Source: a virus. From it: a DNA stretch of 22,792 nt. Numbering within the stretch: the stretch's first letter is position 1; every line of letters starts with the position of its first letter. The notes under the pieces are model-generated. The model saw only the letters and a list, made by a program, of their open reading frames with translations. It searched no databases and had not been told where the DNA came from. The translations under genes were made by a program, and so were the position numbers. The stretch is from IMG/VR virus record IMGVR_UViG_3300033143_004906. One strand, written 5' to 3'. Shown one piece after another: positions 1-8,367 of the stretch.

Positions 1-3000
1 TGTTCCAGAACTTCCACTACTACCACTAGACCCAGATGTTCCAGAACTTCCACTTGTACCTGAACTTCCACTCGTTCCACTTGACCCTGATGATCCAGAG
101 GTACCAGAACTTCCGCTTGAACCAGAAGACCCAGAACTTCCAGATGTTCCTGAACTTCCACTTGATCCAGATGTTCCACTTGTACCTGAACTCCCAGATG
201 TTCCACTAGACCCGCTTGAACCAGAACTACCACTACTTCCAGATGAACCACTTGTGCCACTGCTTCCACTACTTCCTGATGATCCAGATGAACCTGAACT
301 TCCAGATGAACCACTTGTCCCACTACTTCCAGATGATCCTTCTTGTACTATTATATTCCAATAATTTTCCCATAAAGTTCCAACACCAGGTTCATAATCA
401 TCCACCGCTGAATTATGATCTTGAATACATACATAACTATTTCCATTATGGTACACTACATCATTTATATAATAATTACTAGTTGAATCCCAATTTCCAA
501 TCCAGTTTATGGATGTTCCGCTTGATCCTGACGTACCTGATGATCCGCTTGTCCCTGAACTTCCAGATGATCCACTTGTCCCTGAACTTCCGGATGATCC
601 ACTTGTCCCTGAACTTCCGGATGATCCACTACTACCTGATGTACCTGAACTTCCACTTGTACCGGAACTTCCACTTGTACCGGAACTTCCACTACTTCCA
701 GATGAACCAGATGATCCACTACTACCTGACGTACCTGAACTTCCGCTACTACCTGACGTACCTGAACTTCCTGATGATCCACTACTACCTGACGTACCAG
801 AACTTCCACTACTTCCTGATGATCCACTACTACCTGACGTACCAGAACTTCCACTTGTACCAGAACTTCCACTTGTTCCACTAGAACCAGATGATCCACT
901 ACTACCTGAAGTACCGGATGATCCACTACTACCAGATGAACCACTTGAACCTGATGACCCACTTGTCCCACTACTTCCACTTGAACCAGATGTTCCACTT
1001 GAACCAGATGAACCACTTGAACCAGATGACCCACTAGACCCGGATGAACCACTAGACCCTGAAGAACCACTACTTCCGGCTTCGGTCACTATATCCCAAT
1101 ATATTTCCCAATTAGTACCTATCCCTGGTTCGGTATCATCTGGAGCAGAGTTATGATCTTGAGTGCATGTGTAACTATTTCCAGTATGATAAACTACATC
1201 ATTTATATAATAATTACTAGTTGAATCCCAATTTCCTACCCAATTAATAGAGGTTCCTGAACTTCCACTTGTTCCTGATGATCCTGATGTTCCTGAACTT
1301 CCACTACTTCCTGAAGTACCTGAACTTCCGCTTGTCCCGCTACTACCTGATGATCCAGATGAACCAGAACTTCCAGAAGATCCACTTGTTCCACTACTTC
1401 CAGATGATCCTGACGATCCTGATGATCCACTACTTCCGGAACTTCCGCTACTACCGGAACTACCACTTGTCCCGCTACTACCGGATGATCCACTAGAGCC
1501 TGATGAACCGGAACTTCCACTAGATCCTGATGAACCGGATGTTCCACTACTTCCACTACTTCCAGAACTACCACTAGACCCGGATGTTCCACTAGAACCA
1601 GATGTTCCACTAGACCCAGATGTTCCACTAGAACCGGATGTCCCACTAGACCCTGAACTTCCAGATGTTCCTGAACTTCCACTAGAACCAGAAGATCCAC
1701 TAGACCCAGATGTTCCACTAGACCCTGAACTTCCAGATGTTCCTGACGATCCACTACTTCCACTAGACCCGGATGATCCACTACTTCCTGAACTTCCTGA
1801 ACTTCCACTACTTCCAGATGTTCCGCTACTACCCGAACTTCCAGATGTTCCACTACTACCCGAACTTCCAGATGATCCACTTGATCCTGATGTTCCAGCA
1901 GGACCGGGAGCTCCTGATAGAGCAACATCCCAATCATTATATGTTCCTGTCCCAGTAATTGTTACAATATCTACAGATATTTCTCCAGTTACTGTATTAT
2001 ATAATGTAATTTCTCCTTCCATTTTATTATCATTATCATATGCAATAATAACAGTTTGTCCAATTGAATATGATAGATCTGGAGCTACATCAAATGTTTT
2101 TAATTCAATTGCTATATTCATACTAGTCGTAGAATCTGTAGCGTATAAATCTCCATCAAGTCCTGAAGTACCACTTGATCCTGAAGTACCATCTATACCT
2201 GAAGTACCACTTGACCCTGATGTTCCACTACTTCCTGATGTTCCACTAGATCCGGAAGATCCACTAGATCCAGAACTACCACTTGTTCCACTACTACCAC
2301 TTGTTCCGCTAGACCCGGAGGATCCTGATGTCCCCGAACTTCCACTTGTTCCACTACTTCCAGATGAACCGGATGTTCCTGAACTTCCACTTGTTCCAGA
2401 TGAACCGGATGTTCCTGAACTTCCACTTGATCCAGATGTACCTGAACTTCCACTTGATCCAGATGTACCAGAACTTCCACTTGTTCCAGATGAACCGGAT
2501 GTTCCGGAACTTCCACTTGATCCAGATGTTCCACTAGAACCTGATGTCCCCGAACTTCCACTTGTTCCACTACTTCCAGATGATCCACTTGTTCCACTAC
2601 TTCCACTAGACCCGCTTGATCCAGATGTTCCTGAACTTCCACTTGTTCCAGATGAACCAGAACTTCCAGATATTCCTGATGAACCGCTTGTACCAGATAT
2701 TCCTGAACTACCTGAACTACCTGATATTCCACTACTTCCACTTGTACCAGAAGTTCCTGATGATCCTGATGATCCAGACGAACCTGAAGAACCTTTTTTA
2801 ACGACAATATCCCAATAAATTTCCCAATTAGGGCCTATTCCTGGTTCTCTATCATCAGGGGCAGAATTATGATCTTGTACAGATATATAACTCTCACCAT
2901 TATGATAAACAACATTGCCAATAACATAATCACTAGTTGAATCCCAGTGTCCAACCCAAAAAAATGAAGATCCACTTGATCCTGAAGTTCCTGAACTGCC

Positions 3001-3234
3001 TGATGATCCAGAACTTCCTGATGTTCCTGAAGTACCGGATGAACCAGGAATACCGACTCCATCTAATTGTGATTTTGTGGCTAAATGATAGGATTCAACT
3101 GCATCAATACCACGAACGGGGGTTGTGAAACGGGGATCTGTGCCATCGTAATATAACTCGGATTCTTGATTATCACCGAGTTTGAGTTTTTGACTTTCAT
3201 ATAACTCAAAATTTTTATTTACGATTCTTGGCAT
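1..3234 (-). CDS. Giant collagen-like (G-X-Y)n tail-fibre or surface protein, X/Y mostly Ser/Thr, with three CBM5/12-type carbohydrate-binding modules. The C-terminal end lies beyond the window start.
   Basis: I translated the minus strand myself. ATG at 3234-3232 is preceded by AAGGA and an in-frame TAA 12 nt upstream. The N-terminus reads MPRIVNKNFELYESQKLKLGDNQESELYYDGTDPRFTTPVRGIDAVESYHLATKSQLDGVGIPGSSGTSGTSGSSG... The frame was checked at six separate points (3234, ~2950, ~2170, ~1896, ~1266, ~528 and positions 1-42) and it is one continuous frame with Gly at every third residue. The other two minus-strand frames contain stops, and the track's VQVE-type ORFs are those frames. Confidence 0.75.
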   Translation of the reverse strand, partial: MPRIVNKNFELYESQKLKLGDNQESELYYDGTDPRFTTPVRGIDAVESYHLATKSQLDGVGIPGSSGTSGTSGSSGSSGSSGTSGSSGSSFFWVGHWDSTSDYVIGNVVYHNGESYISVQDHNSAPDDREPGIGPNWEIYWDIVVKKGSSGSSGSSGSSGTSGTSGSSGISGSSGSSGISGTSGSSGISGSSGSSGTSGSSGTSGSSGSSGSSGTSGSSGSSGTSGSSGTSGSSGTSGSSGSSGTSGSSGTSGSSGTSGSSGSSGTSGSSGSSGTSGSSGTSGSSGTSGSSGSSGTSGSSGTSGSSGSSGTSGSSGTSGSSGSSGSSGSSGTSGSSGTSGSSGTSGIDGTSGSSGTSGLDGDLYATDSTTSMNIAIELKTFDVAPDLSYSIGQTVIIAYDNDNKMEGEITLYNTVTGEISVDIVTITGTGTYNDWDVALSGAPGPAGTSGSSGSSGSSGSSGTSGSSGSSGTSGSSGSSGSSGSSGSSGSSGSSGSSGTSGSSGSSGTSGSSGSSGSSGSSGTSGSSGSSGTSGSSGTSGSSGTSGSSGTSGSSGSSGSSGSSGTSGSSGSSGSSGSSGSSGSSGSSGTSGSSGSSGSSGSSGSSGSSGSSGSSGTSGSSGSSGSSGSSGSSGTSGSSGTSGSSGSSGTSGSSGTSGSSGTSINWVGNWDSTSNYYINDVVYHTGNSYTCTQDHNSAPDDTEPGIGTNWEIYWDIVTEAGSSGSSGSSGSSGSSGSSGSSGSSGSSGTSGSSGSSGTSGSSGSSGSSGSSGSSGTSGSSGSSGSSGTSGSSGTSGSSGTSGSSGSSGSSGSSGTSGSSGSSGSSGTSGSSGSSGTSGSSGSSGSSGSSGSSGTSGSSGTSGSSGTSGSSGSSGSSGTSGSSGSSGTSGSSGSSGTSGSSGTSGSSGTSINWIGNWDSTSNYYINDVVYHNGNSYVCIQDHNSAVDDYEPGVGTLWENYWNIIVQEGSSGSSGTSGSSGSSGSSGSSGSSGSSGTSGSSGSSGSSGSSGSSGTSGSSGTSGTSGSSGSSGTSGSSGSSGSSGSSGTSGSSGSSGTSGSSGTSGSSGTSGSSGSSGSSGT
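346..510 (-). repeat. CBM5/12-like module copy 3 (INWIGNWDSTSNYYINDVVYHNGNSYVCIQDHNSAVDDYEPGVGTLWENYWNII)
   Basis: Same motif as copies 1 and 2. Confidence 0.6.
1088..1248 (-). repeat. CBM5/12-like module copy 2 (INWVGNWDSTSNYYINDVVYHTGNSYTCTQDHNSAPDDTEPGIGTNWEIYWDIV)
   Basis: Same motif as copy 1, with about 80% identity by eye. Confidence 0.6.
2801..2965 (-). repeat. CBM5/12-like module copy 1 inside the giant ORF (FFWVGHWDSTSDYVIGNVVYHNGESYISVQDHNSAPDDREPGIGPNWEIYWDIV)
   Basis: Pattern W-x3-T/S-x-Y-x2-G-x-V-x-Y-x-G-x2-Y-x-C/S-x-Q-x-H-x-S-x5-EP-G-x5-W matches chitin-binding domain type 3 (CBM5/12). Three paralogous copies are present. Confidence 0.6.
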
Positions 3235-3266
3235 AGAATTATTTTATATCCTTGTGGGGTTGGTCT

Positions 3267-3275
3267 ATTATACCA
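3267..3275 (-). promoter_or_regulatory. Candidate extended -10 (TGgTATAAT on minus strand), about 33 nt upstream of the giant ORF start
   Basis: Plus-strand attatacca is TGGTATAAT on the minus strand. No convincing -35 was found. Confidence 0.25.
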
Positions 3276-3300
3276 AAACACTTAACTACCTTCCTTTAGT

Positions 3301-3912
3301 TTATCCGGTCACTGATATTAATAATTCAACTGTGTTATCTGGCATCCATACTTGAATTTCTGTATTATCTATATGTTTAACATCTAATGGAGATACTTTT
3401 TCTAAACTAGAAGCATCAACACAATATACAGTACAGTTGTTATTCATAATACTTGTACTAATATCAATAGAATAATATACATCATTCCCGGATACAAGCC
3501 ACTCACCTGATGTTATTGTAGTTCTTAAAATTTTAGATGCACCGGTATAATCTTCAACTTGATTTGTATACGTTTCTCTATAATATGCAGTAGTTACTCT
3601 AAATCTAATCAAATCATTTTCAGCAATAACAGTTGTATTGAATCTTATTTCTGTTGACCCTGTTTCGGAATAATCACCTTGTAAAAATTCTCCTACATAT
3701 GCATTGGCTCTTTTTAATACTCCATTAACATATACTTCCAACTCATTAGTTCCTACAGCAAAAATAAATCCTGTATTCACATATCTATTTGTTGCTTGGA
3801 GAGCAGTTATTTTTATCAATGTATCTCTAAGAACACCACTTGGTCTTATATAATCCGCCCCGGTTGCAACTTTTCTATAAATATTATCATTTACTCTTTG
3901 CACTTTACCCAT
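3301..3912 (-). CDS. Hypothetical structural protein (203 aa) between the fibre-like genes
   Basis: Complete ORF on the same strand as the structural module. No recognisable motif. Confidence 0.7.
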   Translation of the reverse strand: MGKVQRVNDNIYRKVATGADYIRPSGVLRDTLIKITALQATNRYVNTGFIFAVGTNELEVYVNGVLKRANAYVGEFLQGDYSETGSTEIRFNTTVIAENDLIRFRVTTAYYRETYTNQVEDYTGASKILRTTITSGEWLVSGNDVYYSIDISTSIMNNNCTVYCVDASSLEKVSPLDVKHIDNTEIQVWMPDNTVELLISVTG

Positions 3913-3940
3913 TATATCTATCTCCTTACATTAAAGGAAT

Positions 3941-6430
3941 TTATATTTCATGCCACATTCCAGTAGTTGGTGAATAAAGAAATGTTTTTGCTACTCCAGC
4001 AATTCCTATATAATCTTCTTGACTATTTAGTCTTATATTATTATTATGTTGAATAGTTGTTGTATAGTTTGATCCGTCAAAAATTATATGGATTTTTGTA
4101 ACATTGGTTGTATCAATATCAAAATTAGTTATTGTAATTGCTGAAGTAGAATCATTTGTTAACCAAATGTCTGCTGTATTAACATCTGGTGTATCATCAC
4201 CTTCCACAAATCTTGCTTCTAATAAATCTACAGCAGTTTCTAAAGCACTAACATCATTTGCCAAATTGCTTATATCAGTTTGATTATTACTTATATTAGT
4301 TTGGTTAGTACCTATATCAACTTGATTATCATAAATATCGCCTTTAACTTCATAAACATCTGATATTAAAATAGTAACTGTACTATCAAGATCTGCAATA
4401 TTAGTTTGATTTTGAGCAGCAACTGAATCAATACTTGATACAGAAATTTCTAATGCTGCAACATCAACTTGAAGTGAATCTACTGCTGTACTATCCGCTA
4501 AAAATAACCCACTTAAGTCATATAATTGATTATCTAATATTACTATAGCTTCAGTTATATTAGTTATTGAAGCAGTCGAATCCATATAATAAGAGGCTGA
4601 AAAATCTGGGTATTCGTCAGTATCTCCAGTACTTCCTACAAATGTTTGTAAATTATCTTTACTTGTTTCCATTGGAGTTACTAAATTTGAACCTCCATCA
4701 TTATCTATAGATGGGGTTGTATAAAAATCTGAATATAATGTTTGTATATTATATTCATTATACGGAACTGTTTCTGTCAAATTTTCATCTTTATCATATA
4801 TAATTCCATAACTAGTAATTGTATCTGTTCCTGAAAAATCACATCTAACTCTTAAATCAAATCCTTCTCTTAATATTTTTGAACCATTAATTGTAGCAGT
4901 TTCACCACTACTAGCTCCTGTAATTGTTTCTGATCCTGTAAAATCAGATGGAACTGGACTCAAATAACTTAATAATAAATAAGTCGGATATTGAGATGCT
5001 ACAATTGCTGTTTTTCCAGACGATCCCCCTGTAATTAATTCTCCAGCTGTAAATACCCCACTTGCCCCAGTTATAGGAACTTTATGAGTTGAAAATGTAT
5101 GTACTTGATCTAAAGTAGTTTGTTCCCAACCATCAATTCCTCCATCATTTGTAACAAACCAATTTGTATTACTTCCTGTTGGTTCACAACTTACTTGACA
5201 TATAACAATACAAGACCCATCATATCCCGAATCTGTTAGATCACTACTATAAAATGAAGTACCAACAGTACCATCTATTTGATGATTTGCTATATTATGA
5301 ACTGCGGTAGTATTTGTTGCGTCTATATAATCAGCATTTATAAATGAATCTGCTGTCAATCTCTTACAAATTGAAACTCCCAATAAATCTTGATAAGTAT
5401 CATACTCATTAGAAAAAGTTTCTCCTGATTGAGTTGAACCAGGCATAAACCATATATCAATTGTTCCTGCTGTATCTCCATCTTCAAGACAGACACCTAC
5501 TCCTTGTGAATATGGAACTGGAATCAAATTAGTTACTGCACCGGCGGTTGTTTTAGATAAATATACTTTATCACCTGAAACAATTGTAATTCCAGATTCA
5601 ACTACCACATTATCAACTTTTCCATATAATCTAACTTTTCCACTTCCATCACTTCCATTCCCAACTTGTAATACAGCACAATCAGCAAATGTACTTTGAT
5701 CAGATGCTATAGCTGGTTGTGCAATACCACTTGTGTCAACATATGCTAGTTGTCCAGTTATACAAGCAGTTGTATCTATATTATCCCTAATGGAGTCAAA
5801 TCCTTCCCATCTATTTGTTAAACCAAAATACATTTCATCTTCATCACGAACGTATATTAATCTTGCTTCATCATTAGTTTGAATAAATGTTGGTAATGTA
5901 TCTTCAACACCACAAAATAATTTACTATATACTCTTTTATTGTCAGTCTGACCAGGATCATAATCATGTAGAGATTCAATTTCAAAAACAGAACCAGTAA
6001 AAATAACTTTGACTGCTTTTAAGAATAAATACCTCCCACCATACACATAGTTAGTAGATGTTTTAGATGGAGACATAATCTTGATTGAAGCTTGTGGAGC
6101 AGGTTTGGTCTTTTCATATTCATAATCTAAAAGAATATAATAATAACCTGCCTCGTTGAAAAAACTGGTAGGAGTATAATTATTAGAATCTTCAAAATTA
6201 ATTGAATGAGTTGATGTAAATTGAAGAAATACATCGTCTTTAAATACTTCACCAGAACCCATAGTTACAATCGTCAATGGAGATGTTGCATCTAATGCAA
6301 CATCACAGGCATGAGTTGAATGAAGGCAATCAACACCTCTAGAAATAATTCTAGTTAAACGATTCACAATATTACTATAGTATGATGAATATGGATCTAC
6401 GGTTCTTTGCTGTGTTGGGTATACACTCAT
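3941..6430 (-). CDS. Large tail-fibre or receptor-binding-like structural protein (829 aa)
   Basis: Long ORF with AAGGAG 8 nt upstream of the ATG. The C-terminal third has Asn/Thr/Ser-rich heptad-like repeats (NQTNIADLDSTVT, DNQVDIGTNQTNISNNQTDISNLANDVSALETAV) typical of fibre shafts. The product call is inference. Confidence 0.75.
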   Translation of the reverse strand: MSVYPTQQRTVDPYSSYYSNIVNRLTRIISRGVDCLHSTHACDVALDATSPLTIVTMGSGEVFKDDVFLQFTSTHSINFEDSNNYTPTSFFNEAGYYYILLDYEYEKTKPAPQASIKIMSPSKTSTNYVYGGRYLFLKAVKVIFTGSVFEIESLHDYDPGQTDNKRVYSKLFCGVEDTLPTFIQTNDEARLIYVRDEDEMYFGLTNRWEGFDSIRDNIDTTACITGQLAYVDTSGIAQPAIASDQSTFADCAVLQVGNGSDGSGKVRLYGKVDNVVVESGITIVSGDKVYLSKTTAGAVTNLIPVPYSQGVGVCLEDGDTAGTIDIWFMPGSTQSGETFSNEYDTYQDLLGVSICKRLTADSFINADYIDATNTTAVHNIANHQIDGTVGTSFYSSDLTDSGYDGSCIVICQVSCEPTGSNTNWFVTNDGGIDGWEQTTLDQVHTFSTHKVPITGASGVFTAGELITGGSSGKTAIVASQYPTYLLLSYLSPVPSDFTGSETITGASSGETATINGSKILREGFDLRVRCDFSGTDTITSYGIIYDKDENLTETVPYNEYNIQTLYSDFYTTPSIDNDGGSNLVTPMETSKDNLQTFVGSTGDTDEYPDFSASYYMDSTASITNITEAIVILDNQLYDLSGLFLADSTAVDSLQVDVAALEISVSSIDSVAAQNQTNIADLDSTVTILISDVYEVKGDIYDNQVDIGTNQTNISNNQTDISNLANDVSALETAVDLLEARFVEGDDTPDVNTADIWLTNDSTSAITITNFDIDTTNVTKIHIIFDGSNYTTTIQHNNNIRLNSQEDYIGIAGVAKTFLYSPTTGMWHEI

Positions 6431-6607
6431 TTAATTGATCTCCTTAGGATATTTTCTATAAAAAAAGATAGGTAATAAACCTACTATTAGTATTTAAATT
6501 TTGTTCTAATAGTTACCCATTATTAGTTACTCACATAGGAAATAATTTAGTTTAAAACTGAAGAACTATATATATTATTTATTGAGGAAGGAATTTTTGA
6601 GGTGACG

Positions 6608-6640
6608 AAAAAGAAGGGACGTTCACTTTGGAACGCCCCT
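6608..6640 (-). terminator. Rho-independent terminator after the MucR-like gene (minus-strand RNA: GGGGCGUUC-loop-GAACGUCCC then UUCUUUUU)
   Basis: 9-bp stem with one mismatch at 6616-6624 and 6631-6639. An A-tract at 6608-6615 on plus gives a U-tract on minus. Confidence 0.5.
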
Positions 6641-6718
6641 AGTATTTAAATCTGGTAACTGTGAAAATAATTGTTTATTAGTATTTTTTCATTTATTTGT
6701 TCTTAATAAAATAGAAGA

Positions 6719-7369
6719 TTAGTTTTTACCTTTAATAACCTCATCTATATCATTAGATGTTGGAGCCTTTCCTTTTACTATAAACACTCTCCACCCATCA
6801 TTTTTTAATGTTTCATTACGTCTTGCTTTTGGAAATACATCTGTATTATGCCAGAATACATCAGGAAATTCAATATCTACTTTCATTACAGGATCACAAA
6901 AATCTGTTATAGTTTCATATAACAAATGTTGTTCAATATTTAATTTTTGAATTAAATAATTTTCTTCTGTATGAGGAAAATAAGTTTGTAGATGTTCTAT
7001 AATTCTATCCCTTATTTTTCTTATTGGATTTCCTGGTTTATTTGTCGCTTCCTTTATTTCATTGGCATAGAATTCTTCAATTGAAGGTCCTTCATCTGTA
7101 AGTACTTCTTCTGGAAATGAAAGTTCCTCTGCTATAACAGGTTCTTTCGTTTCAGGTTCTTCCATTATTCCAGTCTTAGCGTATTTTTGTTTTATTTTAA
7201 AATTCTCAGAAACAAACGCAGCTGTAGGATATCTCATCCTATATTGTTTCATAGTTATTCCATGTGACTTTAAATGAGTCACTGAAACAACTTTATAAGA
7301 TTTTCCGCATATTTGACAAATAACTTTTCCATCTTCATCGTGTGTTGAATATTGTAGATCATCTCCCAT
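6719..7369 (-). CDS. Ros/MucR-type C2H2 zinc-finger protein with a possible degenerate Vsr/DUF559-like C-terminal domain
   Basis: N-terminus CQICGKSYKVVSVTHLKSH has C-x2-C-x9-H-x3-H spacing, as in Ros/MucR. C-terminus ...DIEFPD...ARRNETLKNDGWRVFIV resembles the D..R..L...GW.V.R tail of DUF559/Vsr-like endonuclease folds. AAGGAG lies 7 nt upstream of the ATG. Confidence 0.6.
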   Translation of the reverse strand: MGDDLQYSTHDEDGKVICQICGKSYKVVSVTHLKSHGITMKQYRMRYPTAAFVSENFKIKQKYAKTGIMEEPETKEPVIAEELSFPEEVLTDEGPSIEEFYANEIKEATNKPGNPIRKIRDRIIEHLQTYFPHTEENYLIQKLNIEQHLLYETITDFCDPVMKVDIEFPDVFWHNTDVFPKARRNETLKNDGWRVFIVKGKAPTSNDIDEVIKGKN

Positions 7370-7432
7370 ATTAATTCTCCTTATTCAATGTTCTCTTATA
7401 TTTATAATTTGTTCTAAGTTAGGAGGGATATT
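7370..7432. promoter_or_regulatory. Divergent promoter region (TATAAT at 7403-7408 for the plus-strand genes; TATAAA/TATAAG boxes on the minus strand for the zinc-finger gene)
   Basis: 63-bp AT-rich gap between divergently oriented genes, both with SD sites. Confidence 0.35.
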
Positions 7433-7819
7433 ATGACCACGCACCATTACATGTTTTCTTTAGCAACAATAGGAGGATTTGGCGAAAAGGCAGGACAATA
7501 TTATATAAAACATGGAATTGTTCATTGGACTAGTGAACTAAATGAAAAAATTGCTGAAGTAATATTTTTAAAAAATGATAAGTTATTTCCTAATGGCATT
7601 ACATACAAGGAAGCATGTGATATTGAAAATGTTACAGAAAAAGAAATGGAAATAATAAATAGTATAAATCCTTTATTTATGGCAGCAAAAGTTAATCTAT
7701 GTACAGTTCATAAATTTATGACTGAAGGAGAAACCCCAACCGATTGGTTTGAAATGATAGTTTCAAATGCACATAAAAGAGAAAGCTTTAAAAAATTACT
7801 AAAAGATTCAGAAATTTAA
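7433..7819 (+). CDS. Hypothetical protein (128 aa)
   Basis: ORF with AGGAGGG SD. No motif recognised. Confidence 0.7.
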   Translation: MTTHHYMFSLATIGGFGEKAGQYYIKHGIVHWTSELNEKIAEVIFLKNDKLFPNGITYKEACDIENVTEKEMEIINSINPLFMAAKVNLCTVHKFMTEGETPTDWFEMIVSNAHKRESFKKLLKDSEI

Positions 7820-7829
7820 AGGAGGTTGT

Positions 7830-8213
7830 ATGAGTAATGAGGATATCTTAAAAAACATTACCGATGATATGGCAATGAAGTGGGTAGAAATATGTGCCAA
7901 AGTTGAACCGGAACTATGGAATACAGATACCCCAATTTTACCTGTTAATTTAAATGTTCCTAGAAGAGTAGTAGGACTTTTAAAAGAAGAGTTTGCATCA
8001 GGTAAAAGTGAAATAAATAAATTTTTTAATAATATTTTACAACAGGCAAGTCCTGAACATATAAGTAATATGACAATTAATGAATTTACAACTTATATGT
8101 TCAATTTTGTTATGCTTGAAGGAATATCAAGTATAATAAACCGAAGAGAGGATATTGTAAATAATCATCTCAGAAACGCCGAAGAATTGGTGAGAATGAC
8201 AAAGGAGGAATAA
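7830..8213 (+). CDS. Hypothetical protein (127 aa)
   Basis: ORF with AAAGGAGG SD. Confidence 0.7.
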   Translation: MSNEDILKNITDDMAMKWVEICAKVEPELWNTDTPILPVNLNVPRRVVGLLKEEFASGKSEINKFFNNILQQASPEHISNMTINEFTTYMFNFVMLEGISSIINRREDIVNNHLRNAEELVRMTKEE

Positions 8214-8367
8214 TAAAAGCACAAGTAGAACAATTTGAAACATTTTACGTAGTTATGCCAGTAATACACCTGTCATATTTAATCCGAAAACCAAAAGGTT
8301 TGTTGATAGTGATGCGGAACAAGCGGTTCAACAGTTTACTATCGCTCCAGAAGGGTTTTATGTTGTA

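Larger units (their letters stand above)
1..3060 (-). repeat. Highly repetitive 9-nt-unit DNA (variants of GGAAGTTCT, GGTACAAGT and similar) encoding GSS/GTS/GIS triplets
   Basis: Near-identical short blocks such as gaacttccacttgtacc recur dozens of times. The periodicity is strictly 3 codons. Confidence 0.9.

Noticed and set aside
216-2807. Plus-strand ORFs (88, 133, 215, 75, 61, 69, 61 aa; 216..482, 483..884, 509..1156, 1269..1496, 1773..1958, 2328..2537, 2616..2801) and minus-strand VQVE-frame ORFs (507..1070, 1236..1937, 2193..2807) in the repeat tract
   Set aside because: They are low-complexity translations (LNFHYFQM..., DPLVPELP..., VQVEHLVQ...) of the antisense or off-frames of the GXY-coding repeats. 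A single continuous minus-strand frame with Gly every third residue and recognisable CBM modules explains the region better.
1-3060. Possible CRISPR array or non-coding satellite, given the short near-identical repeats
   Set aside because: Repeat units are 9-17 nt with a 3-nt phase and no unique spacers of constant length. They are translated as GXY triplets within an open frame.
2835-3128. ORFs 2835..3062 (-) and 2937..3128 (+)
   Set aside because: They lie inside the N-terminal region of the giant minus-strand ORF in other frames, with no SD.
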